Assembly: GCA_964016885.1 (NCBI GenBank)
Contig: OZ024742.1
Span: forward strand, 78,616,001-78,680,000
Length of the DNA stretch: 64,000 nt
Reading direction: 5' to 3'
From: Eledone cirrhosa
Lineage: Eukaryota
Shown piece after piece: positions 1-12,864 of this stretch. Both the position numbers and the translations under genes were made by a program. Every line of letters starts with the position of its first letter. Within the stretch, counting starts at the first letter, position 1. A model generated the notes under the pieces. The model was not told where the DNA came from, did no database searches, and worked only from the letters and a program-made list of their open reading frames with translations.

Positions 1-61
1 AAATATATATATTTTTTAAAAAAATAAGACTTCAGTTGCATTTTCAATTTCATCCCTTTTT

Positions 62-68
<7 letters not shown>
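1..68 (+). mobile_element. Terminus of a second copy of the hammerhead-bearing inverted-repeat element seen at 58207-59428
   Basis: 1-68 is nearly identical to 59361-59428 (about 2 differences) and runs into (TA)n at the same nucleotide (...catcccttttttcttt-ATATA). Confidence 0.85.
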
Positions 69-138
<70 letters not shown>

Positions 139-519
139 TACATATATAAAAAAACATTTTAAAACAAATAGTTTTGTATCATGTAACTAGAGTCAGTTTT
201 AAAAAGTTTAGTATCAGAAGAGTTAAGGCAAATAACAATCTCATAGAGAGTTGTGGTTAGTATATGTTGTAGTGCACGTGAGCACTGTACACAATAGTTT
301 TCATTATATTATATTAAGGTTGATTTTTCATCCTTACAGGGTCGATAAAATAAAGTATCAGTCACGCACTGGGGTTGATTTAATCGACTTTCCCCTCCCA
401 CAAAATTGCTGGCCTTGTGCCTATATAAGAAACCATTATATTAAGATTGATTTTTTAAATTTACATTGTTTCTTAAAACATTTTTTGCAGTATATGTTGA
501 GAATCACCAGAAAATGTTA

Positions 520-830
520 TCTAATAAAAATAAAACACATTACTAAAGGGAACAGAAAAGGAAGAGAAAAGAAAATGAAAAGGAGAAAAAAGAAGGATCA
601 AGCAGTGAAAAAAAGGGAGAGGGAGGTGGACAGCCATTGCACATAAATCTGAGCAGTGCCTCTGCACACAAAAACAAAAGACCTGGTAACAAAGTGAATT
701 CTCTTATAAGCACTCAAGGGACATTTGTTGGCATTGCCCCAGACAATGGAATTAAGACTGTCATCCTAAAACAGAGGATGTTAAGAGCTGGAACAACTGC
801 CACACTGTGTCTCATCCAACACTTGAACAA
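520..830 (-). mobile_element. Decayed 3' end of the same retroelement family as 43960-44950 (CRE-like)
   Basis: Shares aaaacaca...aaatgaaaaggagaaaaa...gagcagtgcctc with 43960-44065; the minus strand gives IVWGNA, a weak match to the C-terminal IQRGNA motif of CRE-type elements. Confidence 0.35.
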
Positions 831-1009
831 TCATGCTACTTAATTTTATCAGCTTTGAAATGTAGAAAACAAAGTTGGACATAGCAGTGTTTGGACTCAG
901 AGAGCATAGAAAACCAGAATAGATAATATGAGGCATTTTGTCGTATGCTCTAACAACTTTGCCAATTCACTGCCATTTGTTGTTTTATTTTGTATTTTGC
1001 CTTTATACC

Positions 1010-1256
1010 ATATTCAAGATGTTTTTGTGACCAAATTATTCAGGATTGGTGGGGTACCTAAGTCACCCCTGGGTCGTCCACCCGCTATAGGAGAATTTAT
1101 TTTGTTATATTTATGCATAGTTTATTTTATATTTTTTATATCTTCATTGTTTTAGTCTTGCCATTGTGCACTTTTACTCGACCTTATTGTAAACCCCCAC
1201 TGTTCCTGTCTTTGTATTGTCCCCTACATGTTGGCCCTTGTGGCTAATAAATGAAA

Positions 1257-1292
<36 letters not shown>
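1010..1292 (+). mobile_element. Probable 3' end of a non-LTR retroelement with AATAAA and (ATT)n tail
   Basis: T-rich UTR-like stretch, AATAAA at 1246-1251, then (ATT)n to 1292. Confidence 0.35.
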
Positions 1293-1293
<1 letters not shown>

Positions 1294-1981
1294 GGATTGG
1301 CAGTATTGGTAGAAAGTAAGACAACATGCTTTATGGCATATAGCTACATCCCTTAACATTCTGAGTTCAAAAGCCACCAAGGTTAGCTTTGCCTTTCAGC
1401 TCTACGGGATCGATAAAATAAAGCACCAGTAATCCACTGGGGTTGATTTAGTCGACTTTCCCCTCTACCCAAATTACTGGCCTTGTGCCTAAAGTAGAAA
1501 TTATTATCATTGTGGATTGGCAGTATCGGTAGAGATTCAGAGAACGTGCTTTGTGGCAGATAGTTACATCCCATAACATTCTGAGTTCAAATGTCACCAA
1601 GGTTAACTTTGCCTTTCATCCTTACAGAGTTGATAAAATAAAGTACCAGTAATGCACTGGTATAATTGCTGGCCTTGTACCAAAAATAGAAACAATTATC
1701 TCTTCACACTCTCTACTACTAACGCACTGGAGTCAATTTAATCGACTTTTCCCTCCCCACAAAATTGTTGGTCTTCTAAATCAGAAACCATGTTGAATTG
1801 GCAGTATCGATAGAGGGTCGGACGCCATGCTTTCCAGCATAGTTACGTCCCTTTATGTTCTGAGTTCAAATCCCACCAAGGTTAACTTTGCTTTTCATCC
1901 TGACGGGGTCGATAAAATAAAGTACCAGTAATGTACTGGGTAATTGCTGGCCTTGTGCCAAAAGTAGAAACAATTATTATT
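1293..1981 (+). mobile_element. Head-to-tail cluster of tRNA-derived SINEs (family 1): about 1293-1508, 1512-1698, partial 1721-1790, 1793-1981
   Basis: Each has A-box-like tggcagtat(c/t)ggt, B-box gagttcaaa, central gcctttcatcct...ggtcgataaaataaagtaccag (resembles the Deu/Nin-type SINE core) and 3' ggccttgtgcc...agaaacaattat. Confidence 0.9.
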
Positions 1982-2119
1982 ACTGTATAGAACTTTTGTT
2001 AGTATTTATAGCTATGTTTCTTTTTCTACTTTGTTTAGTTTCATAATATGCATTATATTTTCTCTTCTGTAATAAGTAGTGTTACGCATGTGAGCATGTC
2101 TTTGAATATGCCTAAGTGT

Positions 2120-2255
2120 CTGTACACACACACATATATATATATTCACACACACAAATATATATACATACATATACACATACACATATATACACACATA
2201 TATATATATATACACACATATATACACATACATATACACACACACATATATATAA

Positions 2256-2296
<41 letters not shown>

Positions 2297-2335
2297 TATA
2301 TATATATATACATATATATACACATATATATATAG

Positions 2336-2404
<69 letters not shown>

Positions 2405-2431
2405 TATATATACACATATATATACACACAT

Positions 2432-2485
<54 letters not shown>

Positions 2486-2585
2486 CACACACACACATAT
2501 ATACACACATATACACACAAACACACACATATATATATATATATGTATGTATATATATATAGAGAGAGAGATATATATGTATATA
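2120..2585. repeat. Compound (TA)n/(CA)n microsatellite
   Basis: Directly visible; source of the Y/I/C/V pseudo-ORFs. Confidence 0.95.
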
Positions 2586-3519
2586 TGGTGGTAGTATGGG
2601 TAAGTATTTGAATGTGTGCTCAATTGTAGGGTGTGCATGCATGCGTGAGTGTATTCTTTCTAGAAATGCCAACTCATTAAAATTTGCAAACACAACTAGA
2701 AAAACACAAAAAAGCATCCTGAACAACACCAACACAACCTCCACCACTACACAATTACTGACAGACTGGAACTGCTGGTGGTGGTAGTGGTGGTGGTGGT
2801 AGTAGTAGTAATAGTAGTAGTAGTAGCAGTAGTAGTCAGCACTTTTGCACACAATATCATGGTGGTGAGATATTTTTGTGCCCTTTCCAATAGATCCCAG
2901 GATATTGAAAACCTAATAATGGCCAGCAATGGTGGGATCATTGAGGAGATGGTGGATGAAAGTTTTATAGTTGTTGTTGTTGCAACACCTCCTGCAGCTA
3001 TGCTCCTGTCTACTCTTACCATTTGAGAGGATGTAATACAGTTGTAGCTAGTGAAATCCTTAAGGAGCTGCTACAGCTCTTGCACACTTGTTACATAGAT
3101 TTGTGATGTCTGCTGTGATGTTGTGTCATAACTGGGCTACCCAGGGGCTATCTAAACTTTATTACAGGACATTTTGTCCCCATATGTAAAGGTTGAAACA
3201 TATGGTCTCCACTTAATTAACAATGAGGGGTTTGTTGTTGTTATATATATGTACATATGCAAGGGTGGAAAAATGAATGTTAAAACGATGATGATGATGA
3301 TGATGATGATATATAGCTATTTATATTGAACATGGGAGAATGCTTAGGATGTTTGCTTCCCAATTATGATGACCTGTGTTCAATCCCACTTCATGGCATC
3401 TTAAAGTTGACACAACCTTATGAGTGAAATTAAAAGGAAATATTTGGAAGCTTGTAGGTTGAATTGTTGTTGTTGTTATCGGACCTCAATGATTTTTTAT
3501 GAGTGTCCCATTTGTTTAT

Positions 3520-3790
3520 ACAACAAATTAACCTGCTCATGAAATTAAAGTGTAAGTAGCTGAACATTCCACACACATGAGCACCCTTAATGTAATTCTC
3601 AGGAAAATCCAGCATGACAGAGTATGACAAGAATGGCCTTTTGAAATACAGATACATTTCATTTTTACCAGCTAAATGAACTGGAGCCACCTGAAATAAA
3701 GTGTCTTGCTCAAGGTCACATCACACAACCAAGAATCAGAGTCACAACCTTACAAACACCTTATCCACTAAATCATGTGCCCTCATGGAT
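3520..3790 (-). mobile_element. Second tRNA-derived SINE family (related copies near 51330-51590 +, 52425-52550 +, 57790-57930 -, 50025-50270 +)
   Basis: Shared aactggagc...aaataaagtgtcttgctcaagg segment and decayed A/B boxes across copies. Confidence 0.6.
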
Positions 3791-3858
3791 GTGTTGAAAA
3801 TGTAATTTAAATGCCCATCTTCGTCATATTGTGTAACAATGATTCATTCTGAGAATTA

Positions 3859-4069
3859 CTGTATATACTCAAATATAAGCCATTCTGAATATAACCCGAC
3901 TTCTTCCCCTCATTTTATGCCTGAGAAATGGGCAAAAATCAAAACCCCATTTATAACCTGAGACAGCTAATCAACACATTATGTTCAGATGGCAAATATA
4001 AGTTGACCACCCTATTTTACTATCAATTTTTTTGTCACATGTTCCTTGGCTTTACTCAAGTATATACAG
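3859..4069. mobile_element. Tc1/mariner-superfamily MITE
   Basis: TA|ctgtatatactcaaatataagcc ... ggctttactcaagtatatacag|TA imperfect TIRs with TA TSD; a related right end lies at about 51075-51231. Confidence 0.75.
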
Positions 4070-4743
4070 TAAATTAAAAGTATATATGTCTTTGGAACAT
4101 TCACCCACTTACACATTAATTTAATGAGACGCATGTTCAATTTATTAAACAACTAAAAGTTCACCATTGAAACAAATAGAAGATCCATCAGTGAGTGCCA
4201 CCTTCAAAAAAATAGAACCCCTTACAAAATGTAGTTTTAGATACAGCATGTTTGAAGGGATGAATGCATTTCATTATGAGTGGATCTGCAGCATTCGGAA
4301 TGACTAACATCAGTAAAAAAGGTGTACCAACAACATACAAAGGTATTCCAGCCACACCCCTATGACCACAGGTGTTCCAACCACACACCTGTGATCAAAG
4401 GTGTACCAACAACAAACCTTGGTCAGAGAAAGTTATGTTAAAAGATGTGCAAACTATAACCATATCATCTCTGCTTAGTGCATTCTGAATACATACATCT
4501 TCTTCCCTTTTTTAAGATGGAAGGGTAAATTGAGAAAGATTTGGCTGCTATTTCTAGCGAGTCCAGTGGCGACATTGAACACTTCCTCTGTGACTTGTGA
4601 AAGAGGGTGCTATTTAGCTCCAAGTCAGACATGATTGAACAGACATATGATCCAAAACATTCCTGCATGGTCCTAACATTTTATCAGCCATTGTTGGAGA
4701 CTCTGAATAGTGTTATGGTCACTGCTTTCTCCTCCACTACTAG

Positions 4744-4920
4744 TAATTGTTTTTACATTTGGCACACGGCCAGCAATTATCCCAGCGCATTATTGGTACT
4801 TACTGGTACTGCAAGGATGAAAGGCAAAGTTAACCTCGGCGGGATTTGAACTCAGAATGTAAAGAGCCATATGCTGGAAAGCATGGTGTCTGACGCTCTA
4901 CAGATACTACCAATCCACCA
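4744..4920 (-). mobile_element. tRNA-derived SINE family 1, internally deleted
   Basis: Reverse complement of the family-1 consensus (ggatgaaaggcaaagttaacctcggcgggatttgaactcag). Confidence 0.85.
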
Positions 4921-5287
4921 CCCCTAATAATATATAGGGACTTCAGCAACGAACACATCATTTCTGTTTAATCCTTTGTCTTTGGATTGGATTGCCTCAG
5001 AAATGTAACCTTATTACATAAGATGTGTCTGATGATATCATGTGACTGGTTGCATGATTGAACCATCATATAGCCATGATTGTCAGTGAAATATGTATCA
5101 CAGCTTTGTTAATAAAAGATGTTTTTAACACCGAACTTCACATTTCCTTATTCTCTCTCTCAATATATATATTGTTTAACCATGGAAAAGCAGACATAAA
5201 AACGACGATGATGATGATATATATATATGTTCTCATCATCACCATTTAACAGCCACTGTCCTTGCGACCAATATATATATATATACA

Positions 5288-5980
5288 CATCATCATCATC
5301 ATCACCGTTTTACGTCCGTTCTTCCACGCTAGCATGGGTTAGACGGGTTGTCCTGTTGTGGGCAGTGTCTGGTCGGCTGACCATGCCTTGCTCATACAGG
5401 AACTGATTTGGCTTGATTTCTACAGCTGGATGCCCTTCCTAACACCAACCTCATTTACAGTGAGTGCTGGGTGCTTTTTCGTGGCGCCTACATATCCACT
5501 TTACAGTGTGGGCTGGGTGCTTTTTTGCCGTGGCACCTCCACGACCTATATGCTTCAGCTTCTACCCATGGGAGGTCGGGTACTCTGTATTACTGCGTGA
5601 CGCCAGAGGTCACGGTCGTGTGTCATTGCCTTTGAGAGGTGTAATTGGGTAAGGTCGGCTTTTATCACCTCATCCCAGGTCATCTTGGGTCTCCCCACTC
5701 CGCGGTTTCCATCGACTTCTAGTGCTCTGCACCTTTTTATGCAGCTGTCATCCTTCATACGCATCACATGTCCATACCAGCGCAACCGCCTCTCCTGCAC
5801 ACAGCATTTGATTCCTCTTATGCTCAGTCTCTCTCTCAATTCATTTATGCTTTGTCGTTCACGTATATTACTGTTACACATCCATCGGAGCATGCAGGCT
5901 TCGTTTCTCTCTAATCTACGTAAGTCTTCCACCTTCAGCGCCCAGGTCTCGCTACCATGCAACATCGCTGTTCGGACACA
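5288..5980 (-). mobile_element. 5'-truncated RTE LINE copy (ORF C-terminus, 3'UTR, (TGA)n tail)
   Basis: ORF 5555-5965 MLHGSETW...ERRLRWYGHVMRM...GRPK.TW is homologous to 20231-21199; both ends abut (TA)n. Confidence 0.93.
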
Positions 5981-5981
5981 C

Positions 5982-6015
<34 letters not shown>

Positions 6016-6104
6016 TTCTTTTAATCCAGTAGTGTGTGATTCTAAAGAAATTTGGCTGTTATTTCATGCACCCTGAACGACCTCATACAGCTCTCCTCTT
6101 GGCT

Positions 6105-6172
<68 letters not shown>

Positions 6173-7175
6173 ATGAGGATTCTGGCAATTGCAGTCTAAA
6201 GCGAGGTAACAGGTTGTAAAGTTAGTGGTGATAGTGAAAATTACAGATGCAAGCATACTGTTAATAGTGGTAGTGGTCATAGTGGTGGGAAGAGGAGATA
6301 TGTTGTGATAGTGACTCACTGTTTACTTTGATGAGAAAGTCATTCTGAAGACAGCTTGCTTTAATTTGTGGTTTGCCTGCCTACACCACCCCTACCTGCA
6401 TGAACTTTTTATAGAGCATGCATGTGTATTTATGTATATATGTGTGTTTGCATGAAAGCAAGAGCCAAGAGGGTTTGTGTGTATTTAATTGAAATGGGTT
6501 AGGGACCCGTGTTTGATAATGAGAAGAGGGAGGGGTGTGTGTGTGTGTGTCTATAATTGAACATAAGTATTTGAGAATGTGTTTCTGTATATTTATATTT
6601 TTGTACATTTTTTAAAAAACTATATATAGCTCGGGGCAAATGTGTGGATGTCTTTTTTTTTTCTTTTATGCATGCATGCATTTGTGTTAATATATGCATG
6701 TGTTTTATCTCCAGAAATATGAGTGTATGTGTTTAAGTAATTGTGTCAACATGCATATGTATGAGACTTTGTATTTGTGTATTTTATGCAGATTATTTTT
6801 TAGATGTGAATTGTGTGGGTGTGTTTAAGACTATCTATATGCAAACACATTTATATGTGAAAATCATCATCAAAAATCATCATTCAACATCCCCTTTTCC
6901 ATGCTAGCATGGTTTAGTTGAGTTGTCTCATTCTGAGACAAGCTGAATCAGGAGACTGTCTTGCTCATATAAAACTGTTTCTGGCTTGGATTCTACAGTT
7001 GGATACCCTTCATTAAATGGTGGCCAGGCAATCAATATACACATCATCTGATAAAAACTATTCCAAATTTAACCACAGTAACAGGCAAGCTCTGGTTAAG
7101 AAATTCAACAAGGGTCATTTATTTATTTGATTGCAAAAGGAGGTGTAATATATTCAGTTGTGTTTTATTGTTATT

Positions 7176-7818
7176 TTAGTCTGTTGAAAGGAGTTGTGAC
7201 CATAGCACCTCTCAGTCTGTTGAAAAGAGTTGTGACCATAGCATGTCTTAGTCTGTTGAAAGGAGTTGTGACCATAGCATGTCTTAGTCTGTTGAAAGGA
7301 GTTGTGACCATAGCATGTCTTAGTCTGTTGAAAGGAGTTGTGACCATAGCATGTGTTAGTCTGTTGAAAGGAGTTATGACCATAGCATGTGTTAGTCTGT
7401 TGAAAAGAGTTGTGACCATAGCATGTCTTAGTCTGTTGAAAGGAGTTGTGACCATTGCACGTCTTAATCTGTTGAAAGGAGTTGTGACCATAACATGTAT
7501 TAGTATGTTGAAAGGAGTTGTGACCTTTGCATGTCTTAATCTGTTGAAAGGAGTTGTGACCATTGCACATCTTAATCTGTTGAAAGGAGTTGTGACCATT
7601 GCACATCTTAATCTGGTGAAAGGAGTTGTGACCATAACATGTATTAGTATGTTGAAAGGAGTTGTGACCTTTGCATGTCTTAATCTGTTGAAAGGAGTTG
7701 TGACCTTTGCATGTCTTAATCTGTTGAAAGGAGTTGTGACCATAGCATGTCTTAATCTGTTGAAAGGAGTTGTGACCATAACATGTCTTAGTATGTTGAA
7801 AGGAGTTGTGACCATAAC
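7176..7818. repeat. 36-bp minisatellite, 18 units
   Basis: Unit ttagtctgttgaaaggagttgtgaccatagcatgtc, contiguous with no spacers. Confidence 0.95.
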
Positions 7819-7872
7819 ACTCTACATCATCTGAGACTGGTTAGGCAGATACCACTAACATTAAAATTCCCC

Positions 7873-8292
7873 TTAACCCTTCTGATATCAAACTGTCTGG
7901 AAAACATCTCTGAGTTTATGGTCCAAAACTGTCCTTCTCATGAGTATTCATAATTAAATCTAAACTTTCTTATGTAAGAATCACTTTTTAAGATATATTT
8001 TAAATATCAATGCATCAATAATGACAAAGTAATTTATTTTACTATATCTCTCCAAATTTTTTGTTATTTTGACAATTAATTATCAAGATAGTATATTTCA
8101 TTTGAAATGTGGTCATGAAATATTTCAGCTGTGTATTCCATTAGATATATAGTCATGAAATGCTTAAGCTGTAAATTTCCTTAGAAATGTGGTCATGAAA
8201 TATTTAAGCTGTGTATTCCATTAGATATATGGTCATGAAATATTTAAGCTGTATATTTCAATAGAAATATGGTCATGAAATGTTTAAACTGT
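7873..8292. mobile_element. TTAA-type (piggyBac-like) MITE whose right end is amplified into a 40-bp tandem repeat (8101-8292, about 5 units)
   Basis: Starts ttaacccttctgatatc, the reverse complement of family ends such as gtatcaaaaaggttaa near 22815; the 40-bp unit resembles the family's other terminus. Confidence 0.55.
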
Positions 8293-8620
8293 TGCAAATC
8301 AACAGCTACAGGAAAACCTGAAGAACAGGGATTTGAGAGGACTAAAATTTAAGGAAGGAATGATTGGCATATAGTTAGTGCAGGGCCTGGAGGGATGGCC
8401 AAAATATGAGTTGAAGGACAAATAAGTTGAGAGTGTCTGTGTACATGTGGCAGAAGACCAACCTGCTCCTATTTAAAAATATAGAGATGTGCCTTCCATA
8501 TCACACAAATAAAAGTTATAACTTTACAGCAAGGGATGGAAGGGTTTACATAGACCAAGTCAGTATTGAGGTGGAGTCACTGATCTCCCAGGCAGACCAA
8601 GGATCTCTGTCTCACTTATT

Positions 8621-8691
<71 letters not shown>

Positions 8692-9140
8692 TTATATATT
8701 ATTAAAAAAATCATGTGGGAGAAATACAGGAAACAGAAAAATTGGAAGATATAATAAACATAAGGAGAAATCCCGCTCATCAGTTGTCTTCTGGAGATCA
8801 TTATAGTTTGGGATGCTATATAAGACATGACTATTCCCCATAGAGCATCAATAACTATCCACGGATAGCTATTTGGGAAGAAAATATAATGGACTTTGGA
8901 TGAAAAAAAAAAACAACAAAGAAATATTGACATACTGATATAGAACAGGAAAATTGTTACATTTGAAAGGAGGACACATAAGTGAGGGTAGTAACCTTAG
9001 GAAGGAATGAAATAAATTAATACAAGTTGGTTAAGACATTACTCCTAGAACCAGTATTAATAGGCAGATGTGAAGAGTGATGGAACTGGTCAGTGGTCAG
9101 ATCACAAAATGAGGAAACAGAAGCTTGAATGAAAATGTTG

Positions 9141-9538
9141 GGTGGTGCGGCAGTATTGCTAGAGAGTCGGACACCATGCTTTGCAACATAGAGTTACGGC
9201 CCTTTATGGCCTGAGTTCAAATCCCGCCGAGGTTAACGGGGTCGATAAAATAAAGCACCAGTAATGTACTGGAAGTTGATTTAATTGACTTTCCCCCCCC
9301 CACAAATTACTGGCCTTGTGTCTATACTAGAAATCATTATTAAGAACTGAGACGGTGAATTGGCAGTTTCGGTAGAGAGTCGGACATGCCTTCCAGCATA
9401 GTTACGTCCCTTTACAATCTGAGTTCAAATCCCGCTGAGGTTAACTTTGCCTTTCATCCATACAGAGGTCGATAAAATAAAGTACCAGTAATGTACTGGG
9501 TAATTGCTGGCCTTGTGCCAAAAGTAGAAACAATTATT
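9141..9538 (+). mobile_element. Two tandem family-1 SINEs (9141-9340, 9352-9538)
   Basis: Consensus motifs present; the second copy is flanked by the 17-bp TSD attattaagaactgaga. Confidence 0.9.
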
Positions 9539-9649
9539 AAGAACTGAGAGAGTGGGAGAAAACAAGATAGATGGGGGGATATTAAGGGAGGAATAGTGAT
9601 AGATAGAGTAAGAGAGGAGAAATCAGTATGTGTAACACTGGCATGCCTT

Positions 9650-10070
9650 GTCATTTAGCCCTGAATGAGCAAACATGAAGAATCATCCATGACCCTTCTG
9701 TATCTTTAAGAAGTATATCAAGGGCTATATTACCCAATGTGCCCTTCACTTTCCCAAGATAGTTGTGATATGATGGAGCTTTAACTGCTATGTCCAAGAT
9801 GTTAAGCAACAAGGTAGAGCCCCTCATGTTGACACATACAAGCTTTCTTAGAAAGGTGAAACAAAAGAGAGCAGACAATGCTACATTCTATGTTGAAATT
9901 ATTCAGGTTGATGCCTGTAGAGAAAATATTGGTTTGGTAGAGTCTCAGAGGGTGTTGACAGCGATGGGGTTATTGAATGATATAACTGACTATAGAATAT
10001 TGTGTTTCTCCATCGTAGAGGAACCTTTTAGAAGGTTTAATAAGATGATGGAAAAGGTAAGGTAGGCTGC
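9650..10070 (-). pseudogene. Highly decayed CR1/Jockey-like LINE RT fragment
   Basis: Minus strand gives RGSTLLLNILDIAVKA, reminiscent of the HIWGGS..LLD.IQ.KA segment; many stops. Confidence 0.3.
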
Positions 10071-10438
10071 GTGGTAGTAACAGTGAGAAGCACAGATTGT
10101 TAGTTTAGAGGAATAAAAACTGGTGTAGTAGTAGTACAGTAAAAGAGATATATCAAGGGAATAGCAAGTAGCTGTTGTAGTTGTTGTTAAGCCCTCAAGT
10201 CATTCATGATCAATCAAACCTATGGACTGGTGTGATAGTACAATAAAAGAGACATATGGAGGGAATAGCAAGTAGCTGATGTTGCTGATGTTGTTTAACC
10301 CCCAAGTCATTCATGATAGATCAGACATATGATCAAATGGTTTTCCATCCATGTTGAATCCATCAAATTTTCAGACATTTCGGTGCCATCTAGAAAAACA
10401 TTATCTTATATATTTTTCTATCTTTAAGATGATAAGGT

Positions 10439-10711
10439 AAGTGGTTCTCAACCTTTTGACTTTATGGTAGAGTGGAAACAAATAAAAATGATTGGTGCAC
10501 ATCACATGGAGAGTTTAAAAAATATCTTTGTTTGAAAGCTAAAGATTTAATTAAAAAAAAATATAGAAAACTATTGCTTACCTTAGTTTATTAATCATCC
10601 ATGTATATAGGAACATTTGTGAATGACATGTTTGTCAAGAGGCTCAAGTATTAGTATGGATTTTCTAAAGCTTTGAATTATAGATTGTGCCATGTCATTT
10701 GAGAACCATTG
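10439..10711. mobile_element. hAT-like MITE
   Basis: Imperfect TIRs aagtggttctcaa ... ttgagaaccattg; interrupts another dispersed repeat. Confidence 0.6.
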
Positions 10712-11395
10712 TGGTGGGGTGTAATTTGAGAAAGACTTAGCTCCTATTTCTATCATATCAAGCAACAAAGGAGAGAGGGGGAGGAGAAAGAAAAGGAGAA
10801 GAGAGAGAGGGGTATGGGTGTGGAGGGCAGAAAGAGAGTGCAGAAAGAAAAGGAGAAAAAAGATAGAAAAAGAGAATGAGAGGGGGGGGGGGGTCTCCTT
10901 AGCTCATGGACTGTAATATATATAACATGCTGGAGAAGTAAATACTTTTTTTTTTCCAATCAGTCAAATTGCTTCTTTCATGATGCAATCTCCAATATTT
11001 GTGTATGTCTACAATATTTAAGGAGCTATTCAAAAACATCACATGTTCTTTCAATAAAAACTGGTGAGATGCTGCCCTGGAGAAGACCTGCCCATCCCAT
11101 GTAAGCATGAAAAACATACAAAAAACATGTAAAATAATGATGATAATTTTATTTATGTATATATATATTTAAAAGGGTCAAAGTAAGTGTTGCAGCTTAT
11201 GTACAAACTTCATTTGCATATTATAATTGTTTCAATATCAACTCTCACAGTGTAAATCTATTTACACACTGCACACTACAGTCATAACACGGGAATACAA
11301 CCCAAAGGAAATGGATCTCGTAACAGCATTGAGTGCTTCGAATTGTGCCACCTGTAACTATTGTTACAAACCTAACTAACATACATACATACATA

Positions 11396-11991
11396 CTAAG
11401 CATAAGAGGTATCAAATGTTGTGTTCTGGAGAGGAGATTGCGTTGGTATGGACATGTGATGCTTATGAAGGAAGACAGCGGTATAAAAAAGTGCAGGGCA
11501 AAGAAAATTGATGGAAGCTGGAGAGTGGGTAGACCAAGAAAAACCTGGGACGAGGTGATAAAAACTGACCTTGCCCACCTACACCTCTCTCAGACAATGA
11601 CACTGGATCGAGACCTTTGGCGCCATGAAGTTGTACATAAGACCCGACTACCATTGCATACAAACCTACAGTTAGTAGGCACCTCTTAACTCAATGTACA
11701 CTGCACCCTACCCCACCCTCCCTCTCCTGTTCTGTCCACTGTGTCGATGACACAACAGTCCACACTGCAAGGTGGCCATGTAGGAGACACGGTGAAAAGG
11801 CTCCCAGTCCATACTGTAAATGTGGTTGGTGTTAGGAAGAGCATCCAGCTGTAAAAAAAGACCTGCCAGAGACGCTTCCGTGTGAGCGAGACATGGTCTC
11901 CCGACCATTCCCGCAATCAAATGGGACAAAACCGTCTAACCCATGCTAGTGTGGAAGATGGACGTTAAACGATGATGATGATAATGATGAT
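11396..11991 (+). mobile_element. 5'-truncated RTE LINE copy (distinct subfamily)
   Basis: LSIRGIKCCVLERRLRWYGHV...GRPRKTWDEVI, 3'UTR, (GAT)n tail. Confidence 0.92.
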
Positions 11992-12696
11992 ACTTATGTA
12001 CTGAATCTGACACGGCAAAGACATTTTCTAAACAGTCTTCTCGTTTGAAGCAGGTTTTTAATATCTTTTACAGCAAGTCTTTCTCAGATAATAAACCAGT
12101 ATCTAAATCATTATTTGCTCATTAAAATGATATAGTTTAATTATTGCAAATAAAGATCAGAGGCAAGACTATATGTAAATAATGGATTTCTTTTTTGTTG
12201 TTAAAAATTTAAATATGGTTGGCATAATATTCTCAAAGAAAGAACAAAAAAATAACTAAAATAAGTGCAAAAAAAAAAAAAAAATCTAGCACACTAATTA
12301 ATGGTTTAGAAAAACTGAGGACATGTGGTACACCAGATGATGTATGTATGTTTGTATATATAAACAGGTGGTGTTTTACTTGTATAGAAACAAAATTTGA
12401 TTCTGTATGTTATCATGTAAGACGGTGTATTTGTGTAGGGGTGTATGCGAGCATACACACATTCTTAAATGTGCACAGGCACACACTTATGTATATGTAT
12501 AGGAATGAACGTGCAAGTGTATATACATATACATGAACCCATACACAATCAAACATGAATATGTATATGTATGGGTGTGCGTGTGTAACTGTCTGCGTGT
12601 TTGTAAATGAGATGTTAATTGAGCAAACAACACAGAATCTAAAGTAAATATATATTTAGTTTATATGGTATACAGACATATATACACACACTCATA

Positions 12697-12732
<36 letters not shown>

Positions 12733-12820
12733 CATACACATATGTGTGTGTGTGTGTATACATATATATATATAGATATACACACACACATATATATATA
12801 TAAATATATATATAAAATAG

Positions 12821-12864
<44 letters not shown>

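Noticed and set aside
2012-2852. Long Y/I/C/V/H-rich ORFs (also near 12.7, 37.6, 39.8 and 61 kb)
   Set aside because: Translations of (TA)n/(CA)n microsatellites.
7176-7818. CRISPR array (36-bp repeats)
   Set aside because: Units are contiguous with no unique spacers, there are no cas genes, and the context is eukaryotic.
10119-10331. About 105-bp diverged tandem duplication (also a 42-bp duplication near 43219-43302)
   Set aside because: Ordinary local duplications with no further structure.
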